Below are positions 1 to 11,825 of a DNA stretch of 64,000 nucleotides, piece after piece (within the stretch, counting starts at the first letter, position 1; every line of letters starts with the position of its first letter). The notes below the pieces were generated by a model. The model searched no databases and was not told where the DNA came from. It saw nothing but the letters and a program-made list of their open reading frames with translations. A program made the position numbers and the translations under genes. The stretch is from Ginkgo biloba (Eukaryota > Plantae > Ginkgophyta): assembly GCA_024626585.2 (NCBI GenBank), contig JANKJI020000002.1, positions 247,696,894-247,760,893 of the forward strand. Direction: 5' to 3'.

Positions 1-229
1 TTGACAAGTTATTGTTCGCACAAAGAAGGTCCCAATATTTGATTTTATAATTTGCAAGGGCTCTAAAAATAGAAATTGATAATCTAAAGGATTTGACAGA
101 TATGATCAGATTTGTGAGAATGAAAATTGAATCTATAAAAAAGTCAACATCAACATCATCTCCTAAATAAATTTGTTACCTAGATTACATGGAAGTAATT
201 TAAAAATATTGTCAGATAATGTATATAGT

Positions 230-520
230 CTGTGATGTTTTGTATTTTGTAATATTTTAATGTAATGAGGAATATTCCAAGTTTAGGAAGGAATATTTTA
301 ATCTACAAAAAGGAAAGCATTTATGCCTATAAATACTTATAATTTATTTGATTTTAATGAATTGATAAGAGTGCATGAATTAATTAACTATACTTCTCCT
401 TGGTCATTATGTGTTATGGGAATGTTTATTTAGTGTTGAGTTCTTTTATGATGAATGAGCTAATCTCTAGTTGTAGGAATATGAATGATTCAATGTTAAG
501 GAAGGAATATATAATAGAAA
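230..520 (+). repeat. Dispersed TATA-containing repeat, homologous to 21600-21890
   Basis: Shared blocks ttgtaatatttt(a/g)atgtaa, aaggaatatt(t/c)taat, tatgcctataaat and ttctcctt(g/a)gtc occur in the same order in both copies. Confidence 0.6.
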
Positions 521-759
521 TTACTATGGGAATATTTACTTAGTAATTATTGAAGAATCATAGTTAAACATATACATTACCCTTAAGTGGATAATTGGTA
601 TCATTTATGTTTGTAAAATATGATTAATTAAAAAATTTAGGTTGAGTTCCCAAAGAGGAGATTATTACTTATGGCAAGGGAAAAATGCACGATATGGTAG
701 AATGTAAAAAAGAGGTTGATGAAGATCTATAATATATATTATGAGTAAGATTTATTATC

Positions 760-1260
760 AAATTTTATCTCTAAAAAAATTATATGAGATGATTTATATG
801 TAAGGAATCTTAATGGTTATTAGGAACACATATTTATTTGTCAATGCTTAGGGATTTGGTATCTGCTACAAAAGTCCCCATATTAGTGATAAAGATTGAG
901 TAGATTGTAGGATGTCCAATAATTTATAAAATAATATTTATAAGTGATGGATAATAATATATATGGACATATATTTAAGATTGCATACATAAGACTTGTA
1001 GAGATAATGCAACAATTAGCCCATAGATAACTCTACGAGATGTGGATTGAGGGAGCATGAAAGTTCATATTTGTTATTTTCTTAGAGAATTATATACCTT
1101 GTTTGGATAACTTATGAGTTGTTTATTTTATCTTAATCTAGTTTAACAAACACTATTCAACAAGTAAATTTTCATTATCACTTTGCATTCACAATATTAT
1201 AATGACTTTTAAAATCTTCATGAGAAGATGATGGGGTCATCATCTTGAAGGAAAGGGAGG
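760..1260 (+). mobile_element. Degenerate 3' end of a Ty3/gypsy element (possible chromodomain remnant) ending in a polypurine tract
   Basis: PPT-like gaaggaaagggagg at 1247-1260, followed by TATAATCCAT (decayed TG start of an LTR). Weak chromodomain-like fragments IE*IV and PIDNST/MWIE upstream. Confidence 0.3.
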
Positions 1261-2283
1261 TATAATCCATAAAAAGATAAGCCTTTGATATATGGACCAA
1301 TTTACCTATTTCACTTCTAATTGGAGTAGGTTCATATGAGTTTATTTCCAATTCTTAGAAATATACTGATCTAAATTTAGGATTTCTTAATATAAGTTAT
1401 GCATAATTATTTATTCTCTCTTATGTTTTGTGACAAATTCTTTCAAACAATTGTGATAAAAAAGATTTCATAAAATGCAATGAATGTACCTCTCTCTCTT
1501 TGTGAGTTCCCTTGTGGGTTTTTCTCCCACATTGTTGGGAAATATGTATCCATGGAATTTAATCCATTTTGGGTAGATTTAGAGTCTTTTAATTCCAAAA
1601 TTTATTTTTAAAGAATCCATATATTTGTTCATATGGTGATTACGTTGATTATGATCCAAAATTTCTCTATTGATATTCAAATTTAAATATGATATCTTTA
1701 TTTTCCATAAACATTGATAAATGATTTCTAAACGTGCTTCTACATTATGTTTAGCAAGGAAATTTTAGATCACCACTAAGAGATTCCACATGGTACCACA
1801 TGATGCTTATGTTTACTTTAGTACATATTCCATAAACTTATTATCTTTCTATGACACATTATAACTCTCTATGATAGTTGTAAATATGATAACTTCACTT
1901 AGGATTTTATTTTTGTATCTAGAAGTTCATTATGTCTATTGATTTGTAGTAGATGCAATAAACCCAATACAAAAAAAAAATAGTACCATAGGGTTTGGTC
2001 CTTATGGAACCATTTTTTTTTCTTGTTATAGGTCAAAAAGGGTATGATGGTGTCCAAATTCAGATCCATCATATATTAATTGTCCAACAAGTTATATATA
2101 TATATAAATTTGTGTCTAAAATAATGTGTAATAATATAAATAAGTGATAGAGATAGGATTATAGAATAATCTTATGGATGATATGTTAAAGCTAGGAGTT
2201 AATGAGTTAGAAGATGATAGTTACTATTGGGAGATGAATATGATATTATTATAGATATTATCAATAAGTTAGTAATGGACATC

Positions 2284-3010
2284 GTATTCCCTTCCCTAGT
2301 TGAGTATTCTCTACTCATTAGGAATAAGGGAATTAAGAGAATAATATTCATTCTCTGCCTTAGCTAAGTGTTCCTTATCAGTTAGGGATAGATAAGTTGT
2401 ACATAATGAGAGTATTACTAAGTTAGAAGTGGATATGTGTTATCCTCATTGCTTTAGCATTCTTTTCTTACTAAGTATAAGAGAATCTACAGAATGATAG
2501 TCATTCCCTTCCTTGGTTAAGTATTCCTTTCTCTAGATAAAAAAAGAATTTGTGTCCAGTGATACTCTTAGTAAGTCACTGGTGGCTACAAGTTCCCTTC
2601 CATGGTTGAATATAATTTACTTGCCAAGGAAAAAGTAATCAATAAAATAATATTTTATCTCTTCCTTATATAATCTCTCCTTGCTCATCATGAATAAGGA
2701 AGTCATACCTAATGAGAATACCAATGAATAAGTTGTGTCCATGTGTTCCCTTCCCTACTTGAGAAATATTTACTCACTAGAGACAAAGGAATTAAGAAAA
2801 AAATATTTTCTACTCTCCATGGTTGTTAACTCCTTACTCACTATAGTCAAGGGAACCATATTTAATGAGAATCTAAGTGAGTCGATGATGGCCATGTATT
2901 CCCTTTCCTAGTGGAGTGTTCTTCACTTATTAGGGATAAATAAATAAAGAAGAGAATATCTCCTCACTTCCTTAACTAATCACTCTTTACTCATTTGGCA
3001 TAAAGGGATA
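2284..3010. repeat. 153-bp-period tandem array made of two alternating ~46-nt stem-loop subunits (about 10 hairpins)
   Basis: Subunit A starts at ~2287, 2440, 2593, 2746, 2899; subunit B at ~2351, 2504, 2657, 2809, 2963. By-eye consensus TTCCCTTCCCTAGTTGAGTA-loop-TACTCACTAGGGACAAGGGAA is self-complementary. Confidence 0.8.
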
Positions 3011-4915
3011 TATGATTCATATCCTTATTAGACATGTGTTCATGCTTTCATATGATTGGAAGAAATCTCAAGCGTAGGAAAGATAGTGTTTGTAGGTAAA
3101 ACTATGTAAGGGAAGATCACAAAATTATTGTGTCACGAGTGAAACTTTTCCCAAGATTATAAAAAGATACATCTATAAGTTTTTAAGGATGATATTATAT
3201 CAAACTAATCATGGGTAGGCCTAGGTATTTATTTCCCCTTTATAGGAAAATATCATATGAGGAAAATATTTCTTATTTACTTGTTTTGAGGATAATAAAC
3301 TAGGAATGTGTATCATGAAATTAAGAGTATATTAATATAATGAGAGGCCTCTTGTGGCTCTCAAATAAACATTTTGGGTAGATAAGGTCATTGAAGAAAT
3401 AATAACGCCTTCTCATGCCACTCATGTATTCTTTTTTCATTAGTAATAAAATAGATCATTGTTAGTTGCTACTAGTCTACAACACTATTGCTCCTCTTTC
3501 AACTCCTCCTTGAAGCTTAGAATTGGTCATCACCACTACAAAACTACTATCAATCCATTTTATATGCTTAATCCACCTCTGTTGTCCTTTATTTTGTCCT
3601 TTCTTAATTTTCTTGGGAAGTGAGACCCATGCCTCTTATTTGTGTTGTACGTTACTTATTATCTTACCCTCTCATAATGCACTACTTAAAAGCATGTTCT
3701 TAAGAAATATTCTATGTAATTGCACATCCTTTAGCGGTATCATCCATTTTTTATGAAGAAAAATAAAATGTTTCTAAGAATCCTTAACACCTCATCAATT
3801 TTTTAGATGGTTGATGTCACCTTCATGTCACATGGCCTGAATTCATATATATTTTGAGTGTTGGGGCCTTCTTATCAGCATTCCTTCTCTAAATCTATAA
3901 ATTGAGCCCGGAAAAGGCTCAATGAGAGGTAATTGGTTTATATAAAGTTATGATTCCAAAATTAATTTTGAAGCACATATACAAGATTTATAATAATATA
4001 TTTTGACTAATTATTCATCCCCTACCCCCTATTCTTCCTCAATTTTGGTTTCCTACCTTACAACAATCTCTTTTAGGCCTGTTATTTCTTGAAGTCCTTC
4101 CAGTTTGCCTTAAAACTCTTATTCTTGAATCTTTATAATACTTGGAATATCATGTTGGAAAATTTATATGGGCTCAACATTATTCTCTCCACATTTGGAT
4201 CATGATTATAGATTCAAAGTTGAAGGAGGAAGCTAATAGGAGGAGTGGTATCCTTTTTTAGCTTGTCCAATTAGTTATATGACTCACCATTTCCCTTTCA
4301 ACTCAATTGTGACTGTTCTAATTTTAGTTTCTATTATTTTATTAATTTAAAAGAAAATTAGAATATTAAAACAAGTATATAAAGTTGGATTTGAAGTAAA
4401 ATATGAATGTCTTACTATTTGGTCTATTTCCTTATATTCTAGAAGTATTTTCTTATTAGGGTTTTAGTTAGGGTTTCTTATAAAAATTACTAATTACCCC
4501 TTTTATAAATTTATGTGAGTTGAATCTAGTTTATCACTACATGTTATCCCCATTGTTGTTCTTAATTAATAAACAAATCCACTTTAGAAAGAGTGACCAT
4601 CCTCATTGGTTTCCTTCCTCCATTCCTAATGGAGTCACATGTCTTTCTAGAATTCTATTTTAATTTTCTAATTTTATTTTAAGTTATTTTTCATTCGTAA
4701 AATAAAAATATTACATTTTATTTTCATGTCTAAGTTGTGGAAAAGAATTAGATTATTAGATTCTTCAATCTAATTTTTAGCAATCTCTTTTGTCCTCTTT
4801 CACAGTGTACTCACACTAGACTTGAGGCTTTCCTTACATGTAGGTGTTCTTGTGCCTCTTGCTTCTCTTTTTCTGATTGAACTAATTTTTGTGGGTCTCC
4901 ATAGTAACATAGTTT

Positions 4916-7491
4916 TGTTGTTGCCCAACACACCCCATAATGGGCACAGAGCATGGAACCCCTTTTTTTTATTTCCTATAAGGAGGAGATGAACAACCAT
5001 TACAAAATCCTGGAGCCTATTTTTATCTCTTTTTCCTTTGGATTCCCCATAGCTGAAAGCATTCTAGGAAATTTTTGTTGATTCCCCTATGTACAATATT
5101 CCATCGCAAATTTCTTCACCCCCTCCCCACTGTGGTGCCTTGAGCTTACTGTCACACTATATATACTTACATCCCTAAGGAAAAGAGAAGGTCACCCCAT
5201 GAGAACTTAACATTTAAAAGGTGAAGCTGTGTTCTACTCTAATGTGCCTCATGGTGCCTTGTCATTTCTTTTACTCCCTTGCTACGATTTATTCAAAATC
5301 ATATTTCATAGGGTTGTTGTTGGAGTGTCTTATGTGCAGGTCTAGGGACTCACAAAATGAGGCCATGTGGTTGGATGTTGTTCCTTTGAATCCTGCATAT
5401 GAAAGAAGGATTAACATTTATTGAAAAGGTTAGTGGAATTCAGACAGGTGCCAAGCCTCATGAGATGTTGATGTGTGGCACGATCCTGAGGCCTATCGCT
5501 CATGGGTTTTCCTGAGAACAAAGATATGATGAAGGAATGATCTGGTCCCACCCTAAGCAGGATGTCAACACGTGGTAATTCTCCATATCCCCTCTCTCTC
5601 ACCAATTTTGGGAAAGAGCCCAAGATATGAAAAGAGCTCTAGGAATTATACGACACGAGATGTTGATAGGTGTCATCATCTAGAATGAGGGACATAGTCC
5701 CGTGATCTAATGCAAAGGTTACACCAATTGAGAAGAACCACGATCTCTAGCTCATGAGAGAGTGACACTTATTAGATTTCCTAGCTATCTCAAGGGCCGC
5801 AGCGAAATCATAAAAACTAAGATCGCACCAAGTGCTCCAAGATAGCAACCTGTGTCTCAATCTTGGGGCCTCATAGCCCCATGGATCTTGATGAAAAAGG
5901 ATAGAGATGTGAAGGATTATCTCAGCCCCAAGCATCTAAGGTAGTGCTAAGTGTCACTTCTCTGTTGCTCCATAGGGTTATTGAGTACTAATGGCCAAAG
6001 GGCAATGAATTCAAGTTTCCTAGAAAACCAGTGCCCGACCCTACAAGATCACGATACATGTAGGGCCACCATTTAAACTAAGGTAAATCTTGAATGAATT
6101 AACACACATCCACCACCATCTCCCACTGAGTTCCATTTATCATCCATCTAAATAAGTGTCCTGTGGCTCACTATCCACCTTAGAAAACCATGAGAAAGGG
6201 AGTTTAGAGTTGGGTCCAAATGATCAAGTAGCCCATGGCAATTGAAGCAGTCTCAGTCTCCTCCTCAAGAATAGTGACCCTTGTATGTTTTGGTTGTTGT
6301 CTTGAAGCAGGGTTATATTTTTTCCCAAAATCTCAATGTATGTACATAGTACTCCTATCAAAAGGCAAGTAGAGGGTCCATGCCAGGTCATCTATCACCT
6401 TGCTCGTCATCTTAGGATCTTGACAAACTACTCTCAGGGCATGAAGGCCTCATCATGGGGCTCATTGTAAAAGACACAAGGGGGAAGGATTCCTCTAACG
6501 ATTTTGTAACTCTAGGTAGTAGAACTATACTACAGTTAGTTTTGGGGTTAAGAGGAGGATATAAGATATAACAACCAGGCCCTGTGAAAAGGGATCTAGA
6601 GGGAGTTATGTGAAATATTTTTATTTTCTTCTTCGAAGCAATTTTTGGTAGTTGTGCTCTCTCTCTCTCTCTCTCTCATCCCACCTATATGGGTGTATTG
6701 TAATAGAACTAAGCTCTTATAAAGGAAGTATACTATGAAAATTTCTTGCATCTTTTGGATATTTGATGGTTTGTGCATTTTTTTTTTCTTGGTATATTAA
6801 AATCTCAAGGTGTATCAAGATTATTTAAAGTTTGACTGTGAGTAAGTTGTTTACTGTATACCCAAGAGCTCGTGAGGGAAAAGGTTGAGTTGCACTAACC
6901 TTAAAATTTTGGATGGTCATTCTCTTACATTTGGATAAGTGGGATGTGCTTATGCAATCTGTAATATATTGTGTCAATTTTCACCACTATGTGAGATCAT
7001 TATACTATTAAACATAGTGGATCAATATGAGCACATCGCTATATTGATCACCTCCTTTTGGGCTAAATTTAAATTCTTGCTACACCCATCCACTCTTCAC
7101 ATGAGCACAATTTGTTCTTTCTTGATTTTATAAGAATGTATCGACTGAGCACCTAAGGCATGTACAAATCTGAGCATAAGCTATTTTTTATATGATTTGG
7201 TAGAATAGTTCTTTTAGTAGTTTCTAACGATTACACATTATCTTTTCTGCTTCACCCTTCTTCCTTTTGAGGTTTATTTGATGTATGTAAGCTCACCTAG
7301 TTAGGGTCTTTGTGAAAATCCATCATTAAGAAGCTCTCCTATAAGTTTACAAAACTCGCATTTATCGCCTTGAGTTATACGTCTAGATTTTTTCATACAT
7401 TGGGCTCTATTTCCAGCAGGATCCCTAAAACGTGTAGGTGGAAACACTTGAATATCACTGATGTGAGGTGTAGAAAAAACATCAAACAATA
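4916..7491 (+). repeat. 5' LTR of the Tat element
   Basis: Colinear with 11826-14296 throughout; starts TGTTGTTGCCC; ends AAACAATA (CA>TA); (CT)n tract at ~6657. Confidence 0.92.
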
Positions 7492-7496
7492 GTCTT

Positions 7497-7513
7497 TGGT
7501 GCTAGAGGGAGGG
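7497..7513 (+). promoter_or_regulatory. Primer-binding site, tRNA-Asn type
   Basis: tggtgctagagggaggg matches TGGCGCTAGAAGGAGGG (complement of the plant tRNA-Asn 3' end) at 15/17 positions, 5 nt after the LTR end. Confidence 0.8.
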
Positions 7514-7739
7514 CCTAAGCCATTTTGGATACCATAAGCACCCTGACAAGGTCCACTTCAGACTCTATTATACTATTGTTGCAACCTTTATAAATCCATA
7601 GGAGATCCAGAGTTGATTGAGGTACATCTAGAGCCTCAAAGAATCAATCGAGATCCCCTACCAATCTGAATTATAATGTACCTAACATGGCTATTAACTG
7701 GTTAGGAGAGACCCCTTTGAACCTTACATGACTAACACA

Positions 7740-8535
7740 CCCTTTGCCTAAAAATCTTGAAAGGTACCTACCCATATACACCCCAATGGGTGGTAAAACT
7801 GTCGAAGAACATGTTGTATCCTTCAAATATGCATTGATATTACTATATGTCCAACATGAGGATGTAGCTTGCAAGTTGTTCCTGTTCATAGTGTAAGACA
7901 CGGCCTATGACTAGTTCTTCAACTTGCCACCCAACTCTATCACCACCTGGGTGGGTTTCAAAAACACTTTCCTCACTCAGCCTGGCCAGGTGGTGGATCC
8001 TAGTATTCTATACCAAAACTTCACCACCCTTATGAGGGAACCTAACGAACCCATACGAGCCTTTAATGCTAGATTCCATAAAGGGTACAATTGGATCACT
8101 CCTACGTATAAGCTAGCTGATGCCTTGGCTTTAGAAAAGTACAAGAATGTCCTAGACCCCATGATTAATGTCTTCCTAAAAAGGGACATAGGTGTCAATA
8201 AGTTATCTCTAGATTATGTAGAAGCCATCAATATTGATAGACAACTCAACCCCCAAGGGAACCTCCTCTTTTTTGGATTTTAGATAAATTAGAACATGCC
8301 ACCACTGAGTCCATTGTTGGTTACTAATGCCTTTCCTATAACACAGCTAGCTCTAAACCAACCCTTGGGATGCACCAATAACTACGCCCCTGAAACCTCT
8401 ATAAGTGTTGCCTCCATTCTGATCCTAGTGAACAGTAGTGCCCATACGACCCTTTTGGACCAAAATAAGAATGAGTTAGAAGTTATCCAGAGGATGGTTC
8501 AAAAATTGGGGAATAATTTTGTTAACCTATAGAGA
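7740..8535 (+). pseudogene. gag remnant (Retrotrans_gag-like)
   Basis: HEDVACKLFL...AYD*FFNLPPNSITTWVGFKNTFL...MREPNEPIRAFNARF; includes ORFs 7924-8283 and 8296-8532. Confidence 0.8.
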
Positions 8536-9229
8536 TAGGTTGAGAGTCAGGATAACTCTATTAGGGGGTTTTCGTATCAAATGTACAACCACCATAAGCC
8601 AAATGACCAAGAACCTTCTACGAGTGGTAGGTATTTTAAAATCAACATCTATAGTTGTGCCCTGGCCAATTGGTGTAGGGTCTATGGTACTGTAGACCAT
8701 GGTGACTTAGATTGCCCTAAGTTTTGCAATGCCTTCAAAGCCATATACAAATACCTGGGAGGATATGGGCCCTAAGAAATGGATATGAACAACCCCAGAC
8801 CTAGAACTGCAATGGCCTTTGATACTTTGGACTTCCCCTTCCAAGAAGATAATAAGCTTGAAGAGAACATAGGTGAGGTTCAAAATTTTTAGTAATACTC
8901 GAGGAATTTATACTTGCTAAGGAACAAGTCAAGAGACCCAAACACCTCATCCAAAACCCCCAATAATGCTCAAATGTCACCTAAACCAGGCACCAACAAT
9001 GACCCCCTCCTACCAAAGGGAGAGAAAACTCGAATGAAGCCCAAGGCTCAGGTGAATAATATGAAAGGGGGATACAATATAGTGAAATACATGAAGAAGA
9101 TTGAGGCCATATCACCCTACACCACTTGGCCCAAATAAATGAGTAAAGATATCTCTTACTTAAATATTTGATCAAAAAATATCCCAGCCCGAAGTAGAAG
9201 GGACCTGTTCATGCCAACTTGATGATCCA

Positions 9230-9670
9230 TAAAGAAAAGGCTGAGGTGCCTACATTCTTGCTCACCGTTAGGATTTTTAGAAAAAACTTGCACAATCGCT
9301 TGGTCAATTCGGGAGCCTCTACTAACGTAATACCCATGGGGATCTGCAAGAATCTTGGGTTATCCCACATTGGTCCAACAAGAGGGTAGTTCAGCTAGAC
9401 AAATCAAAGGTTAAGGTGGTAGGTGAGTTGTTGAATGGTCATATGTAATTAGCATAAGATCCTCGAGTCCATCATTTTATCGACATCCAGTTCATAGACA
9501 TCCTGGATGTGTATGGTATGCTTTTGAGTAGGGACTACTCTAAGTTGCTCAATTGGTATATGGCCACTAACTTTTCACATATGTGGTTTCCCTAAAGAGG
9601 AGTGGAAAATCATAAGAGTGGATAGAGAAACTAGGATGACACACATGGTAACTGAGTACAACACTAAGAA
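9230..9670 (+). pseudogene. Aspartic protease remnant
   Basis: FLLTVRIFRKNLHNRLVNSGASTNVIP (D>N in the DSG motif), followed by ...YGMLLSRD. Confidence 0.8.
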
Positions 9671-9684
9671 TGAGAGTGTTATAT

Positions 9685-10727
9685 CCCATCTGTGTCACCA
9701 AGGAGGAAGCAACCTAGATCATCAATAAATTCCACAAGAAATTTGGGAGTGGGCACCCCTCTAGGAACACAACTGCGTATAAAATCTTGCGGGAAGGGTA
9801 CTATTGGCCTACCATTTTTTAGGATGATCACACTCATGTTAGGACCTAGCACCAGTGCTAGATATTTACTAAGAAGGAAAGGCACATGGTAATGCCCCTC
9901 TAATCGATCATCAAAGGTAGGCCCTTCGATCAATGGGGTTTGGATTTTATAGGAGTGATAAATCCCCATTCCTCTGACAGACACAATTTTTTGCAAATGC
10001 CTATTGATTATTGCATGAGGTGGGCTAAAGAAATAGCTTCTAAGAACAACATGGCTACAGTGGTCATCAACTTATTAGAAGCTAACATAGTCACTAGGTT
10101 TAGGACTCTCCTTTCATTAGTATGTAACAATGACTCATCCTTCTAGTCAGTCAAATTCATTGAGTTGGCCTATGACAATCACATAACCTTGAAATTTTCC
10201 TCAAACTATTATCAACAAGGGAATGGGTTGGCCAAATCCACCAATAAGAATATAATCGACATGATCAAGAAGGTAGCCATGGACAAGCTGAGGTAGTGGC
10301 ACACCCTCTAGAAGTATGCATTATGGATATATAGGACCCAGATAAAGGTGACACTTAAAACTTCACCTTTCCTATTGGTCTATGGGCAGGACCCAATCTT
10401 CCCTATTACATTGAGATTGCCCACCTATCAGTTCATGCATGAATATATGGTGGAAGGTGACAAGGTTAAGTCTAGGATGCTAGACATCCTAGAGCTACAG
10501 GAAGCCAGGGATTGGGCCCTCCAAAACTTTAGCAAGCACCAGGAGGTGGTGAAAGGGTGGTTTCATAGGAGAGCCAAAATTAAAACTTTCAGGGTTTCGA
10601 ACCTTATCCTTGGGATAAGGATCACAAGAAGAAGGGGAAGCACTCCAAACTCGATCCCCTCTATACTGACCCCTACCAGATATCAAACATCCTAGGGGAC
10701 AACACCTTTAAATTAAAAGACCTCATG
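9685..10727 (+). pseudogene. Integrase remnant (zinc finger plus core)
   Basis: CVTKEEAT*IINKFH...GH...KILREGYYWPT; DFIGVINP; SNYYQQGNGLAKSTNK; TSPFLLVYG. Runs into the gap at 10728. Confidence 0.88.
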
Positions 10728-11825
10728 NNNNNNNNNNNNNNNNNNNNNNNNNNNNNNNNNNNNNNNNNNNNNNNNNNNNNNNNNNNNNNNNNNNNNNNNN
10801 NNNNNNNNNCCCCCCCCGCCCCTGAGAGTAGCAAGGTAAGTTTTTAACACATCAATAGAGCAGTTTAATTTTCTATCATCTATTGCTTTCCATAGTTAAT
10901 TTTTTTCTTTTCTTTCTTTTACATGCTTAGGATCAATGTTGTCCAAGTTTAGAATCATCGCTTCCATAGAATAAGGTTTGTTTTAATGAGAGGCAAGATT
11001 TCTTAGAGGTTAACCCCCAGCCTCTTGACAACAAAGTGGATGGTGGCACTTATTACACAAAGGAGTATCACTCCTTAGAGTTAGGATTCAGAGGAAAGGT
11101 TTGACCTGTTATCCCAAAGTGAACTGAAACATGAAGGTGATGCCTGTCCATGATCAAGTAAAGACAAGACCCTAAAAATATTAGGTGGATCTAAGAAAAC
11201 CCCGTATGCTCAAAAGAGTCATAATAATGCACAAAAACCTAAGGAATTATGTGAAAGAAAGGGGAAGAGTAGGATAACCCACCGAGTCTTAGTTGAAATA
11301 TGAATAATAAGGTCAACACTAGTCCCCAACCCTTAACTAAAGGAAAGGATTTTTGGAAAGAAAGAATAATATGTGACAACACATGTGCAATAACATAATT
11401 TCCTCAAACTTCTAGCTTAAGAAGGGTGACTTAACCAACATCCGTTAGGGCTATACATTATTGGTCGGTTATGGAGCAAGGATTAGAATGGGACTAAAGG
11501 TAACTTTGTCGTGGCTATAAATTCCTGACTAGCCATAGAGCAATGCCTAGACCTTAGTTCATTAATTAGCAACTTCAGCTTGACAAGTTTTGATGCTTTG
11601 ATCTAGATCTTCTTCATGAATAATAAATGAAAACACACCAGCACACACCCTGGGCTCTAGTAATATTATTGGGCTAAGTATGCCATTTAAGAGGGATGGA
11701 GTCAAATGTGCACTTTATCATGGATGCACATGCCTTCTCTTCTAGACTTTTATTTGGGTGATTGGGTTGACCAAATGATTTGGATTCTAAACACTAAGGA
11801 GTATTTTTCTATGTAAGTTATAATT

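Noticed and set aside
2284-3010. CRISPR array or hammerhead/retrozyme array (taatgag resembles CUGAUGA)
   Set aside because: The linkers are themselves repeated rather than unique, there are no cas genes, and the context is eukaryotic. No GAAA/GUH hammerhead core was found at suitable positions.
3350-4300. Possible minus-strand gag remnant
   Set aside because: Only compositional hints; no motif I could anchor.
5221-7133. Short ORFs inside the Tat LTRs (also 13236-13634)
   Set aside because: Frames are not conserved between the two LTR copies and show no recognisable domain.
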